Shown here: one piece after another, positions 21,050 through 31,031 of the stretch | Layout: each line of letters opens with the position of its first letter | Numbering within the stretch: position 1 is the first letter of the stretch | DNA from: Spirochaetia bacterium | Lineage (GTDB): Bacteria > Spirochaetota > Spirochaetia > WTKD01 > G963693115 | Length of the DNA stretch: 64,000 nt | Assembly: GCA_965226055.1 (NCBI GenBank) | Contig: CBDDCA010000004.1 | Location: 64,001-128,000 of the forward strand | Direction: 5' to 3' | Position numbers and translations under genes: made by a program | The notes under the pieces: model-generated | Databases searched by the model: none | The model's input: only the letters and a program-made list of their open reading frames with translations | Told to the model about the DNA's origin: nothing

Positions 21050-22054
21050 ATGCAAAGTTTTTTTAATCAACCAAACCAAGTTGTTGATGATATGCTAAAA
21101 GGGTTTGTAAAGCATCATAGGTCTCTAGTGTCCACTACTTCTAATCCAAGAGTCCTTAAATACAAGGATGCTCCTATTGCCAATAAAGTTGGTATAGTGA
21201 CAGGAGGAGGGTCAGGACATAAACCTGCTTTTATAGGATATATTGGGCGTAATATGGTAGATGCTGTAGCGGTAGGCGAGATATTTTCGTCTCCTACGGC
21301 ACAGGCTTTTTTAGATGCGTTTAAGGCTGCTGATAGTGGAAAAGGGGTAGCCTGTTTGTATGGTAACTATGCAGGTGATAATATGAATGTGAAAATGGCC
21401 ATAAAGATGGCTTCTGCACAGGGAATTACTGTAAAAACTGTGGTGGCAAATGATGATGTACCATCAGCATCTCTTAATGAGAGGGAAAAAAGGCGGGGAG
21501 TAGCAGGCGAAATCATGATGTGGAAAGTTGCTGCGGCTTTAGCTGCACAAGGATCAGATTTGGACACGGTCATATCTGGGGCACAGAAAGCAATAGATAA
21601 TACTCGAAGCATAGGAGTTGGTTTAGCTCCTTGTAGTATTCCTGAGGTAGGTAAGCCTAATTTTACGATAGAGGAAGGCAAGATGGAGTTTGGCATAGGG
21701 CATCATGGGGAACCAGGTATTCGTATTGAGGATCTTAAAACAGCAGATGAAATAGCCACAGAAATGGTAGAAACAGTAGTGCAGGATAAACCTTTTGTGT
21801 CAAGTGATAATGTAGTAGTGTTATTATCAGGGTTGGGAGCAACAACCTTTATGGAACAATATATTTTGTATAATAAGGTGGAAGAAGTACTACAGAAGAA
21901 AGGTATACAGGTACATGCATCATATGTAGGAAACTATTTTACTTCTCTTGAAATGAAAGGGGCAACATTGACACTTATGAAAGTGGATGATGATATGAAG
22001 TCTCTTGTTGATATAGAAACTGAGAGTATGGGACTTACTCAATTTCAAAGGTAG
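21050..22054 (+). CDS. dhaK: DhaK-family ketose kinase, substrate-binding subunit (dihydroxyacetone/erythrulose kinase-like)
   Basis: GGGSGHKPAF; NYAGD; RRGVAG; GIGHHGEPG. Confidence 0.9.
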   Translation: MQSFFNQPNQVVDDMLKGFVKHHRSLVSTTSNPRVLKYKDAPIANKVGIVTGGGSGHKPAFIGYIGRNMVDAVAVGEIFSSPTAQAFLDAFKAADSGKGVACLYGNYAGDNMNVKMAIKMASAQGITVKTVVANDDVPSASLNEREKRRGVAGEIMMWKVAAALAAQGSDLDTVISGAQKAIDNTRSIGVGLAPCSIPEVGKPNFTIEEGKMEFGIGHHGEPGIRIEDLKTADEIATEMVETVVQDKPFVSSDNVVVLLSGLGATTFMEQYILYNKVEEVLQKKGIQVHASYVGNYFTSLEMKGATLTLMKVDDDMKSLVDIETESMGLTQFQR

Positions 22055-22060
22055 TATAAT

Positions 22061-22717
22061 ATGTCTGTTTCATATCCTATTATTCAGGTATCAATAGATA
22101 CCAAAACTATAGAAGAAGGTGTTCGTCAAGCAAAAATAGCTCTAGCGTCAGGAGCTGATTGGATAGAGGTTGGTACATCGCTTATAACATTTGAGGGATT
22201 ATCTGCAATAGATTCTTTTGTGTCTCTTGTTGATTCACAAAAAGTATTAGTAGATTATAAGACACTTGATGGAGTAGCTCAGTATTTTGAAGCAACAGGG
22301 CAACGAGGGGCACATATTGCTACTACAATGGCAATTACAAATGAGTACAGTCTCAAAAAAGCCATAGAAGCTGGTCGTAATCATAATGTAAAAGTAATGG
22401 TAGATTTATTTTCGTTTCCCGTTGAGAACATGGCAAAAAAAACACAGCAAATACAGGCATTAGGAGCAGATTATGTTCTTGTGCATCTTGGTATAGATGA
22501 ATTTCGTGATCCTCAAGGAGAAAAAGATCCTCTCAAAGGATTAGATGAAGTAGTCTCTGTGGCAACTATTCCAGTAGCGGTGGTTGTGTTTACATTGGAG
22601 CAAGCCATTGAGGCAGTAGCACGAGGGGCACGTATTATACTCATAGGTACGCCTATTATTGAATCAGAGAATGCTCAGGAAGAGTTAAGTGAATTTATAA
22701 AGAGAATAAAGCAATAA
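22061..22717 (+). CDS. OMP-decarboxylase superfamily, HPS/KGPDC (UlaD-like) enzyme
   Basis: QVSID; WIEVGT; DxKxxD motif (DYKTLD); VHLGID. Confidence 0.8.
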   Translation: MSVSYPIIQVSIDTKTIEEGVRQAKIALASGADWIEVGTSLITFEGLSAIDSFVSLVDSQKVLVDYKTLDGVAQYFEATGQRGAHIATTMAITNEYSLKKAIEAGRNHNVKVMVDLFSFPVENMAKKTQQIQALGADYVLVHLGIDEFRDPQGEKDPLKGLDEVVSVATIPVAVVVFTLEQAIEAVARGARIILIGTPIIESENAQEELSEFIKRIKQ

Positions 22718-22746
22718 TATCGCAAATATAATTAGGAGGTTATTAT

Positions 22747-23130
22747 ATGAATATTATTCATGAGAGTAACGCTGAAGCACAAGTAATTGATGCACCATTT
22801 AAGCGTGTTATACGACATATTTCTGCTCCGTGGACTTTAGGTAGTACACAGTTGTGGTTAGGGACTACTTCTATAGAGCCAGGCTATACGAGTAATCCTC
22901 ATTCTCATAAAGATCAAGAAGAAGTCTTTTACTGTGTTTCAGGGAAAGGAAGAATCAGAGTTGATGATGAAGAAGAAAATTTTTCTCCAGGAGATGTGTG
23001 TTATGTTCCTGCTGGGTGTGTTCATCAGCTTATCAATACAGGAGAAGAAGTTCTCAAAGTAGTAGCTGCTGTTTCGCCCCCTTTTGAGCAAGAGCAGTTT
23101 AAGAAAGATCATGCAATAGATGAAAGTTAG
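22747..23130 (+). CDS. Cupin domain protein
   Basis: PHSHKDQEEVFYCVSGKG...PGDVCYVPAGCVHQLIN. Confidence 0.9.
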   Translation: MNIIHESNAEAQVIDAPFKRVIRHISAPWTLGSTQLWLGTTSIEPGYTSNPHSHKDQEEVFYCVSGKGRIRVDDEEENFSPGDVCYVPAGCVHQLINTGEEVLKVVAAVSPPFEQEQFKKDHAIDES

Positions 23131-23140
23131 GAGGTATATT

Positions 23141-24169
23141 GTGTTGAAAAAAAGTATATTTTTTATATGTATAGCATTATTATATGCAAGTGCGGTAGTA
23201 TGGGCAGGAGGAGAAAGTGAAGGTACAAAAGATTCAGATACTTCTGTGTCTTTTACTTTAGCTCATAATCATAAAGAGAATGGTATGTATCATATTGGTG
23301 CTATCAAATTTAAGGAATTAGTTGAATCTCGGACTGATGGTATGATAACTATTGATATTTTTTCGGGAGGACAGTTAGGGGCAGATAGGGAGATACAAGA
23401 AGGCATTGAGCTTGGTACTATTGATATGGGTGTTTCAAGTTCCCCTGTAGCAAGTATCAATGATTATGCAAAGCTATTGGATGCTCCTTATTTATTTGTC
23501 AATAGAGAGCATGTCACTGAGGTGTTAGATGGCGATTTAGGAAAAAGAATTTCGGCTCCTTTAGACAAGAAAAATATCAAGCAACTAGCGTTTTGGGAAA
23601 ATGGGTTTCGGCAAATTACCAATAATAAGAGACCTATTGTTATACCATCTGATTTAAGTGGCTTAAAGTTACGCACTCCAGAAAATGCGGTAAGATTAGA
23701 GACATTTAAGACTTTTGGAGCAAACCCTACTCCTATGTCATTTAAGGAAGTGTTTGGAGCATTACAGCAGGGAGTAATAGACGGTCAAGAAAATCCTCTT
23801 GCTGTTATCAATCAAGGCTCTCTTTTCGAAGTACAAACATATCTTTCGATATCAAACCATGTGTATTCTGCAGCACACTTTTTGATGAATAAAGAAAAGT
23901 TTGATGCATTATCTCAAGATATGCAAAATATCCTCTTAGAAGCAGCGGTTGAAACAGCAAAATATACTCGTAGCGTAGGAAAGGATCAAGATATAACATT
24001 AATAGGAAAATTACAAGATGATGGTATGGAAGTAAATGAGGTAGATACAAGTTCATTTGTAGATGCAGGAAAATCAGTGTGGGGGAATATAGTATCGTCT
24101 AATATGTATCCAGATGCACAAGAAATAGTAGATGAAATTTCGGTATTAGGACAAAAATATCTGAAATAA
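23141..24169 (+). CDS. dctP: TRAP transporter solute-binding protein
   Basis: WENGFRQITN; GLKLR; ALQQGVIDGQENP; AGGAGG SD places the start near 23141. Confidence 0.93.
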   Translation: MLKKSIFFICIALLYASAVVWAGGESEGTKDSDTSVSFTLAHNHKENGMYHIGAIKFKELVESRTDGMITIDIFSGGQLGADREIQEGIELGTIDMGVSSSPVASINDYAKLLDAPYLFVNREHVTEVLDGDLGKRISAPLDKKNIKQLAFWENGFRQITNNKRPIVIPSDLSGLKLRTPENAVRLETFKTFGANPTPMSFKEVFGALQQGVIDGQENPLAVINQGSLFEVQTYLSISNHVYSAAHFLMNKEKFDALSQDMQNILLEAAVETAKYTRSVGKDQDITLIGKLQDDGMEVNEVDTSSFVDAGKSVWGNIVSSNMYPDAQEIVDEISVLGQKYLK

Positions 24170-24187
24170 ATTATATTACATTATTGT

Positions 24188-24709
24188 ATGAGTACTTATT
24201 CTAGTAGTCCAGTGGCAAGAAAGATTATTACTATTTGTAATAAGATTATTGATTTGTTTCTTGTTTTCCTTGTAATAGGAATGTCTCTTGTAGTACTCAT
24301 ACAGGTATTATTTAGGTATGTATTTGTTTCTCCTTTATCGTGGCCAGAAGAAACAACACGTTTAATGCTTGTATGGCTGAGTTTCTTAGGAGGCTATGTT
24401 GCCTTAAGAGAAAATCAACACATGAGTTTTATGCTTCTCATTAAAAAGATTGCTCAGCCTTATCGTGTAATACTTGAAATTGTACGTGAAATATCTATTA
24501 TTATATTTCTTATTGTTATTGTCATTGAAGGTACTAGATTTTCTTTGAAATTTCATGATGTATCGTTTACCTATATTAACATCAGTCTAGGAATTTTTGC
24601 TTATTCGGTATTTCCTATTGCTGGAACATGTATGCTATGTAAGTCAGTAGTCAATTTCTGGGATCTCATTAGTAGCACATTTCTAAAAAAGGAGAAAGAG
24701 CAAGCATGA
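24188..24709 (+). CDS. dctQ: TRAP transporter small permease
   Basis: QVLFRY...WPEE..R...VWLSFLG; 4 TMs. Confidence 0.92.
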   Translation: MSTYSSSPVARKIITICNKIIDLFLVFLVIGMSLVVLIQVLFRYVFVSPLSWPEETTRLMLVWLSFLGGYVALRENQHMSFMLLIKKIAQPYRVILEIVREISIIIFLIVIVIEGTRFSLKFHDVSFTYINISLGIFAYSVFPIAGTCMLCKSVVNFWDLISSTFLKKEKEQA

Positions 24710-25986
24710 CTGCAGTACTTGTATTTTTTCTTTTGTTTATGTATATTTTTATTGGAACTCCTATTGTATTTTCATTAGGGTTGGCTGCTTTTGGTTTTCT
24801 TATTTTGGTGTTGAACGATATTCCTCTCACAATTATTGTACAAAATTTATATAATGGTGCAAATAGCTTTACTTTGTTAGCGGTGCCTTTGTTTATTTTT
24901 ACAGGCTCTCTTATGAATCTAACAAATATATCAAAGCATATATTTGATTTTGCTGCTTCATTGGTAGGGCATCTAAAAGGAGGGCTTTCTGCAATCAATA
25001 TTGTTACAAGTATGTTGTTTGCGGGAGTATCTGGGACTTCAGTGGCTGATACTGCAGCAGTGGGAGCAGTAGTGATTCCTGCTATGAAGCAAAGAGGATA
25101 TAAAGCAGATTTTGCTGCTGCTGTAACAGCGTCTTCTTCTACTATTGGTATTATTATTCCTCCTAGTGTTCCTATGATATTATATGCGGTTGCAGAAGGT
25201 ATATCAGTGACGAAATTATTTATTGCAGGTATTTTACCTGGTATTTTAATTGGGCTTGCATTGCTTGTAGTTTCTACCATTATTTCTATAAAAGAAAATT
25301 ATGGGAGCGAAGATACTTTTTCTGTAAAAAAAGTATTTGTTAGCTTTTTTGTTGCTATTCCTGCTTTGTTGTTGCCAGTGATAATATTAGGGGGTATATT
25401 GGGAGGAATATTTACTCCTACCGAAGCTGCTGCAGTAGCGGTGTTCTATGTATTGTTTTTAGGGACCATAACAAGACAATTAAATATACATAAGATATAT
25501 ACAGCAGCAAAAGAGACAGTTATATTTAGTGGATCAGTATTGATGATTATAGCAAGTGCAAAAATAGTTGCATGGGTATTTGCTCGTGCAGCAATACCAC
25601 AGACTTTGGTGGAACCTTTTTTAAGTATCACTAAGTCTCCAGTATTGTTTCTTTGGATTGTCTCTGGTATTCTTATTGTAGCTGGTACATTTCTTCATGG
25701 TACTGCTATGCTGGTTATTCTTGTGCCGCTTTTTATTCCTCTTATGGAATCATTTCATATTCCTCATCTACAGTTTGCTATGACAGTAATTATTTGTTGG
25801 GGAATAGGACAGCAGACACCGCCTGTAGGGTCAGCATTATTTATTACTTGTTCTCTCGCAAAGGTGGATGTATGGGAGCTTACAAAAGCTAATTTGCCGT
25901 TTATATGTGCTATGATAGCAATATTAGCAGCAGTTATTCATATGCCATTTTTATCGGTATGGTTACCTAATCTTATATTGCAGTAA
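24706..25986 (+). CDS. dctM: TRAP transporter large permease
   Basis: LLAVPLFI; GVSGTSVAD; IIPPS; GIFTPTEAA; TPPVG. Confidence 0.94.
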   Translation: MTAVLVFFLLFMYIFIGTPIVFSLGLAAFGFLILVLNDIPLTIIVQNLYNGANSFTLLAVPLFIFTGSLMNLTNISKHIFDFAASLVGHLKGGLSAINIVTSMLFAGVSGTSVADTAAVGAVVIPAMKQRGYKADFAAAVTASSSTIGIIIPPSVPMILYAVAEGISVTKLFIAGILPGILIGLALLVVSTIISIKENYGSEDTFSVKKVFVSFFVAIPALLLPVIILGGILGGIFTPTEAAAVAVFYVLFLGTITRQLNIHKIYTAAKETVIFSGSVLMIIASAKIVAWVFARAAIPQTLVEPFLSITKSPVLFLWIVSGILIVAGTFLHGTAMLVILVPLFIPLMESFHIPHLQFAMTVIICWGIGQQTPPVGSALFITCSLAKVDVWELTKANLPFICAMIAILAAVIHMPFLSVWLPNLILQ

Positions 25987-25994
25987 GGAGATAT

Positions 25995-26990
25995 ATGAAA
26001 AAAAAGAGAATCGCTATTTTATTGGGAGATCCTACTGGGATTGGTCCAGAACTTATTATAAAAGTACTATCTACACTTAAGCCTCATCCGTCTATTCAAT
26101 ATGTACTTATTGGAGACAAAAGAGTACTAGAGCAGGCCTTTGAAATAGTAAAAGTACGTATTGTATTGCCAATTATTGAGCGTATAGATGAAAATATATC
26201 TGAGGAAGATATAGTATTTTATGATTACGCTACAATATCAAGTACTGAATATGAGATAGGTACAGTGAATATCAAAGGAGGACTTTCTGTTGTAACTACT
26301 CTTAAGTATGCTATTGAGTTGGCAAAAAAAGAGCTGATACATGGGATACTCTTTGCACCATTTAATAAACAGGCTATGCATGAGGCTGGTTTGCCTTTTG
26401 AAAGTGAGTTAGAATATTTTAAGGATACTTTTTCAATTCCGACTATTCCGGGAGAACTTAATATTGTTGGAGATATATGGACAATGCGGGTAACATCACA
26501 TGTTCCACTAAAGCAGGTAAGCAGTTTGCTCAGTATTGATACTATTGAATATGCAATAGAATTTCTTAATACACAGCTTGTTAATGCTGGTAGAGGAGGA
26601 GCGAAAATTGCGGTATCAGGCTTAAATCCACATAATGGAGAAAATGGTTTATTTGGTACAGAAGAGCAAGAGTATATTACTCCTGCCATTGAAAGAGCAA
26701 AACAAAAACAGATACATGCTGTGGGTCCTTTTCCTGCAGATACTTTATTCTTACGCTTAGAAAAAGAAAAGATAGATGCCATTGTGTGTATGTATCACGA
26801 TCAAGCTCAAATTGGATTAAAATTGCTTGGTTTTGATAAAGGCATGACACTTCATGCAGGGTTTCCTATTCCTATTGGTACGCCTGCACATGGAACAGCG
26901 TTTGATATAGCAGGAAAAAATATTGCATCTGCTTCAGCGTGTGAACATGCACTTTCGATAATAACTTCAATAGTGGAGCGACAAGCATGA
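25995..26990 (+). CDS. pdxA: PdxA-family dehydrogenase (PdxA2-like)
   Basis: GDPTGIGPE; VTSHVPL; GLNPHNGE; GPFPADT; MYHDQ; HGTAFDIAG. Confidence 0.88.
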   Translation: MKKKRIAILLGDPTGIGPELIIKVLSTLKPHPSIQYVLIGDKRVLEQAFEIVKVRIVLPIIERIDENISEEDIVFYDYATISSTEYEIGTVNIKGGLSVVTTLKYAIELAKKELIHGILFAPFNKQAMHEAGLPFESELEYFKDTFSIPTIPGELNIVGDIWTMRVTSHVPLKQVSSLLSIDTIEYAIEFLNTQLVNAGRGGAKIAVSGLNPHNGENGLFGTEEQEYITPAIERAKQKQIHAVGPFPADTLFLRLEKEKIDAIVCMYHDQAQIGLKLLGFDKGMTLHAGFPIPIGTPAHGTAFDIAGKNIASASACEHALSIITSIVERQA

Positions 26991-27376
26991 GTATAGGCAT
27001 ATCTTTCCAGTTGGAACATGTTGGTATTGGAGCAAAAGATACTACTACACTTGCACAGTGGTATTGTGAGATATTTGGGCTACAAATTGTATATCAAACT
27101 TCTGATGAAATTCCTATTTATTTTTTAGGGCATCCTGCTATTGATTTTAAGCTAGAAATATTTCCTCTTGATGTTCCACAAAAGTTTGAAGAAACAGGAA
27201 TACATATTAGCTTTAAGGTATCAAGCTTAGACGAAACACTGAGTTATTTTGATAATAAAGGCATAGAATATGGTGCTGTAAAGCATCTTATGAAAAATGG
27301 AAAGACTGTATTTTTCAAAGATCCAGTAGGACATATATTACAAATAGTGGAACGTCCTATACAATTATGGGAATAA
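26987..27376 (+). CDS. VOC/glyoxalase-family protein
   Basis: EHVGI...WY..IFG; HISFKV; FFKDPVGH.LQIVE. Confidence 0.85.
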   Translation: MSIGISFQLEHVGIGAKDTTTLAQWYCEIFGLQIVYQTSDEIPIYFLGHPAIDFKLEIFPLDVPQKFEETGIHISFKVSSLDETLSYFDNKGIEYGAVKHLMKNGKTVFFKDPVGHILQIVERPIQLWE

Positions 27377-27401
27377 TAAAGACATAAGAAAGGAGTCAAA
27401 A

Positions 27402-28052
27402 ATGAGGTCATTTAAGAATGCTCAAGGGGCAGGTATTGTTCATAATATGATAGCTTGTATACAAGATAATAAGGAATTTCTAAGTGAAATTGACGGAAAA
27501 ATAGGGGATGGTGATCATGGTATAAACATGAACAAAGGATTTACTCTCTGCAAAGATCGCCTTGATAAAAATGATGGCTTGAGTACAGCGTTGGACAAAC
27601 TTGGGAATGTTTTACTGACTGAAATTGGTGGTTCTATGGGACCAATATATGGCATGTTTTTTATTGCTATGAAAAACAACAGTGAAGGAGAAGAGGATAT
27701 TGATATAAAGGTATTCTTTACTATGTTGCAGTCAGCATATACGGAGATTGCTGAGATAGGGGGGGCAAAAGTCGGTGATAAAACAATTATGGATACTCTT
27801 GTTCCTGCCTTGCAAGCATATGAACATGCAATGTCTGATAATAAGAGCTTTGTAGAAGCATTACAGGATATGGATGCTGCTGCAGAAAAAGGCTATAAGT
27901 CGACAGAAGATTTAGTGGCAAAAATAGGAAGAGCAAGTAGGTTAGGAGAGCGTTCACGAGGAGTGCTAGATGCAGGAGCAACTTCGTGTTACCTTTTGTT
28001 GCATAGTATGAAAGAAACGATACTAACATTATTACAAGGAGAAGATATATGA
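27402..28052 (+). CDS. dhaL: DhaL-family kinase nucleotide-binding subunit
   Basis: IDGKIGDGDHGINM; GGSMGP; GDKTIMD; GRASRLGERS.G.LDAGA. Confidence 0.92.
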   Translation: MRSFKNAQGAGIVHNMIACIQDNKEFLSEIDGKIGDGDHGINMNKGFTLCKDRLDKNDGLSTALDKLGNVLLTEIGGSMGPIYGMFFIAMKNNSEGEEDIDIKVFFTMLQSAYTEIAEIGGAKVGDKTIMDTLVPALQAYEHAMSDNKSFVEALQDMDAAAEKGYKSTEDLVAKIGRASRLGERSRGVLDAGATSCYLLLHSMKETILTLLQGEDI

Positions 28053-28489
28053 AAATAGCGATAGGATGTGATCCAAATGCTCAAGAATTAAAGCAGTCAA
28101 TTATTACTATTATTACAGAGCTTCATCATGAATACAAAGATTTTGGCAGTGATGATACAATATATGCAAATGTGTCTATTGAAGTTGCACAGTCAGTTGT
28201 GTCAGGAAAGTTTGATAGAGGGATATTGCTGTGTGGCACTGGTATAGGAGTATCTATTTCTGCAAACAAAGTACAAGGTGCATATGCAGCGTTGGCTTCA
28301 AGTGTGTATGCTGCTTCGAAAGCAGTCACTAGTAATAATGCAAACATATTGTGTATAGGAGCGTTTACAACAGGAAGAGAAGTTGCTTTAAGTATAGTAC
28401 GCACCTATCTTAGCACAAAATACGAGCAAGGAACTCCCTCTGCTGCAAAAATTGCACGCTATGTAGCGTACGATACTTCAAATAAGTAA
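28049..28489 (+). CDS. RpiB/LacA/LacB-family sugar-phosphate isomerase (DerI-like)
   Basis: MKIAIGCD; GILLCGTGIGVSISANKV; NNANILCIGA. Confidence 0.88.
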   Translation: MKIAIGCDPNAQELKQSIITIITELHHEYKDFGSDDTIYANVSIEVAQSVVSGKFDRGILLCGTGIGVSISANKVQGAYAALASSVYAASKAVTSNNANILCIGAFTTGREVALSIVRTYLSTKYEQGTPSAAKIARYVAYDTSNK

Positions 28490-28559
28490 TTATGTTATAG
28501 TATATGTAGCAATATATTTTTAGAGAATGTAATTTTATGGAATGTAGGGAGTAGTGATA

Positions 28560-30389
28560 ATGGACATAAATCCACAAAACCAAAGTATCAAAGAATGTTT
28601 AGGAAAAACTTATAGGATTGATTTTTATCAGAGAGAATATGTTTGGAATAAGAAAACTGTCGAAATTTTGCTGAATGATGTTTTTTATCAATTTGAATTA
28701 TCGTATGAAGAGCATAAAGGTAAAGAGATTGAATCTAAGACAATGAGTGAGTATAATTGGTACTATTTGAGTACTTATGTCACAAATAGGATTAAAGGTG
28801 AAGAATATATTGTTGATGGGCAGCAAAGGTTAACGACATTATCAATTATTGCGATAAAGCTCTATCATTTAACACAAGATGAAAAATTAAAGAACTTTCT
28901 ATCAGGTTTGATTAGAGGGCATGATCCATATGAAGGAGATATTTTTTGGATCGATCATAAAAAAAGAAAAGAAGTGATGACTGCTTTAATGAAGGATGAT
29001 ACTTCAAAGGAATTTATGGATATTACCAGTAAAAATATACATGATAGATATAAAGAAATTTCATTTTATTTTGATAAGAAAGCATTGGATGATAAAAAAC
29101 TAAAATCTTTTATTCATTATTTTTTAGAGAGATTGGTGTTGGTTGAATTAGAAATACAACAAGATGATACCCCTATGATATTTGAAGTTATTAATGATAG
29201 AGGGGTAGCATTAAACCCTTTTGAGATTCTCAAAGGAAAATTGTTAGGAGCGTTGGAAAAGGATGATATTGAAGAATATAATAAAAGTTGGGAACACGCT
29301 ATTGCAATAATAAAAGGGAAAGAAGATGATTTTTTTAGGAATTATCTCAAGGCAAAATTTACTTCTAATAGAGCTAGTGATATAGTAAAAAGAATTAATA
29401 ACGATTACCATAGATATATTTTTGAAAATAATGAAATTGCTAAAAATCTAGGATTTAGAAAAACAGATGAAGAGCATAAAGGCAACATAAAAGAATTTAT
29501 TGAAAAAAATATGAGCTACTATACTGCATTATATAAGAAGATCATAGAAAATACAGATAATAACGAATACCTAATATACAATCATGATATTAATGGTTTA
29601 TCAGGTCAATATCAAAATATTATGGCAGCTTGTGAAATTGACGATAGGCAAGAACAAGAAAAAATTGAAGCCATAGCTAAAGAAGTAGATAGGCTTTTTA
29701 TATTACTCCATTTAAATAATATTCATGAGAGTAATGATTTTAAAGATATATCATTTAGTATGAATAAAGCTGTTAAAGAAAAGCCTATCTCTAAATATAG
29801 AGAAATTTTTAATGAAACAATACATGAACGCATTAGAGAAAAGTACCCATTATCAAATTCATCTGAATTATTGAGTTATTCTATATTTAGGAAACAAGGA
29901 TATGATACATTAAATATAAGAGTACTCAGATATATATTAGCAAGAATTGAGGAATATATTTGCAAAAATTCAAAGATAAATATGCAAACAAATATTTTTC
30001 ATCTTTCTACAGGAACAAGAAGTTCTTACAGTAATTATCACATTGAATATATTTTTGCTGATAATGAAGAAAATAGAATATATTTTGATTCAGAAGATAG
30101 TTTTTGGGAAGAAAGAAATCGTTTAGGAGCTTTGTTACTCTTAAAAGGGAAAGATAATCAAAGTTCTGGGAATGAAAAGTATAAAGATAAGCTAAAAACA
30201 TATAGTAATGGTTTAATGCTATGTAGAACCTTAACACAAGATTGTTATAAATCAAACCTTGATTTTACAAAGTGGAATGACACTTTAGAAGAGCCATTTA
30301 AGCCTATTGATGAATTTAATCTAGATGCGCTGGAGCATAGAAGCAAAGTTTTACATACTCTTGTAAAGCGTATATGGGAAGTAGATTAA
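28560..30389 (+). CDS. DUF262 + DUF1524 protein (GmrSD/SspE-like putative type IV restriction enzyme)
   Basis: YQREYVW; IVDGQQRLTTL; IFEVINDRG; C-terminal HNH-like region (HIEYIF...RLGALLLL....N). Confidence 0.85.
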   Translation: MDINPQNQSIKECLGKTYRIDFYQREYVWNKKTVEILLNDVFYQFELSYEEHKGKEIESKTMSEYNWYYLSTYVTNRIKGEEYIVDGQQRLTTLSIIAIKLYHLTQDEKLKNFLSGLIRGHDPYEGDIFWIDHKKRKEVMTALMKDDTSKEFMDITSKNIHDRYKEISFYFDKKALDDKKLKSFIHYFLERLVLVELEIQQDDTPMIFEVINDRGVALNPFEILKGKLLGALEKDDIEEYNKSWEHAIAIIKGKEDDFFRNYLKAKFTSNRASDIVKRINNDYHRYIFENNEIAKNLGFRKTDEEHKGNIKEFIEKNMSYYTALYKKIIENTDNNEYLIYNHDINGLSGQYQNIMAACEIDDRQEQEKIEAIAKEVDRLFILLHLNNIHESNDFKDISFSMNKAVKEKPISKYREIFNETIHERIREKYPLSNSSELLSYSIFRKQGYDTLNIRVLRYILARIEEYICKNSKINMQTNIFHLSTGTRSSYSNYHIEYIFADNEENRIYFDSEDSFWEERNRLGALLLLKGKDNQSSGNEKYKDKLKTYSNGLMLCRTLTQDCYKSNLDFTKWNDTLEEPFKPIDEFNLDALEHRSKVLHTLVKRIWEVD

Positions 30390-30481
30390 ATTAGAGTTTC
30401 TCACCACTACCGAAAAGGAAAGAAATACAAAAAAGTAATGATAGAAGCATTGTGGAGAGGTGATAATGAAGTGCTATTTGT

Positions 30482-31006
30482 TTATGTTTCTTGTTGTGTA
30501 CTATTAGTTTGCGGGCTAATATTTTGTGTGCTGTTAGTTTGTGTGCTAGTATTTTGCGTGATGTGGGATATTTCTTGAATAAACTGCTCTACACTTTCAA
30601 AATTTTTATATACTGACAAGAATCGAAGGTATGCAACGATATCAATTTTTTGTAACTTTTCTAGTAGTATTGTTCCTAAAAAAGATGAGGCTATTTCATG
30701 TTGACTTCCTGCATGTGTTTGTGCCATTTCTTCTATAGAGTCTAATAGTGAAATGACTGTCTCTACAGGAACAGGCCGTTTTCTTATAGCTAACTCAATG
30801 CTTTGTCGTAATTTTTCTCTATCAAAGACTTGTCTTACATGGTTTTTCTTTACTACTATGAGGGGATTTTCGTCTATTCTTTCGTAAGAGGTAAAACGAT
30901 GCCCACAGGAAAGACATGCTCTGCGTCTACGGATAATTGCTCCATTTGCTAAATCACGCGTTTCTAATACTTTATCTTCACTATTATGACAGCGACTACA
31001 TTTCAT
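30482..31006 (-). CDS. nrdR: Transcriptional repressor NrdR
   Basis: MKCSRC...IRRRRACLSCGHRFTSYER; ATP cone; VAYLRFLSVY. Confidence 0.96.
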   Translation of the reverse strand: MKCSRCHNSEDKVLETRDLANGAIIRRRRACLSCGHRFTSYERIDENPLIVVKKNHVRQVFDREKLRQSIELAIRKRPVPVETVISLLDSIEEMAQTHAGSQHEIASSFLGTILLEKLQKIDIVAYLRFLSVYKNFESVEQFIQEISHITQNTSTQTNSTQNISPQTNSTQQET

Positions 31007-31031
31007 AAGCTATACTCATATTTTTTGTATA

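Noticed and set aside
22061-22717. Formaldehyde-fixing RuMP pathway (hps-phi)
   Set aside because: No SIS-family phi gene is adjacent; context favours an acid-sugar decarboxylase or aldolase.
25995-26990. pdxA as a vitamin B6 biosynthesis gene
   Set aside because: Embedded in a catabolic TRAP operon with no pdxJ in the window; a catabolic paralog is more plausible.
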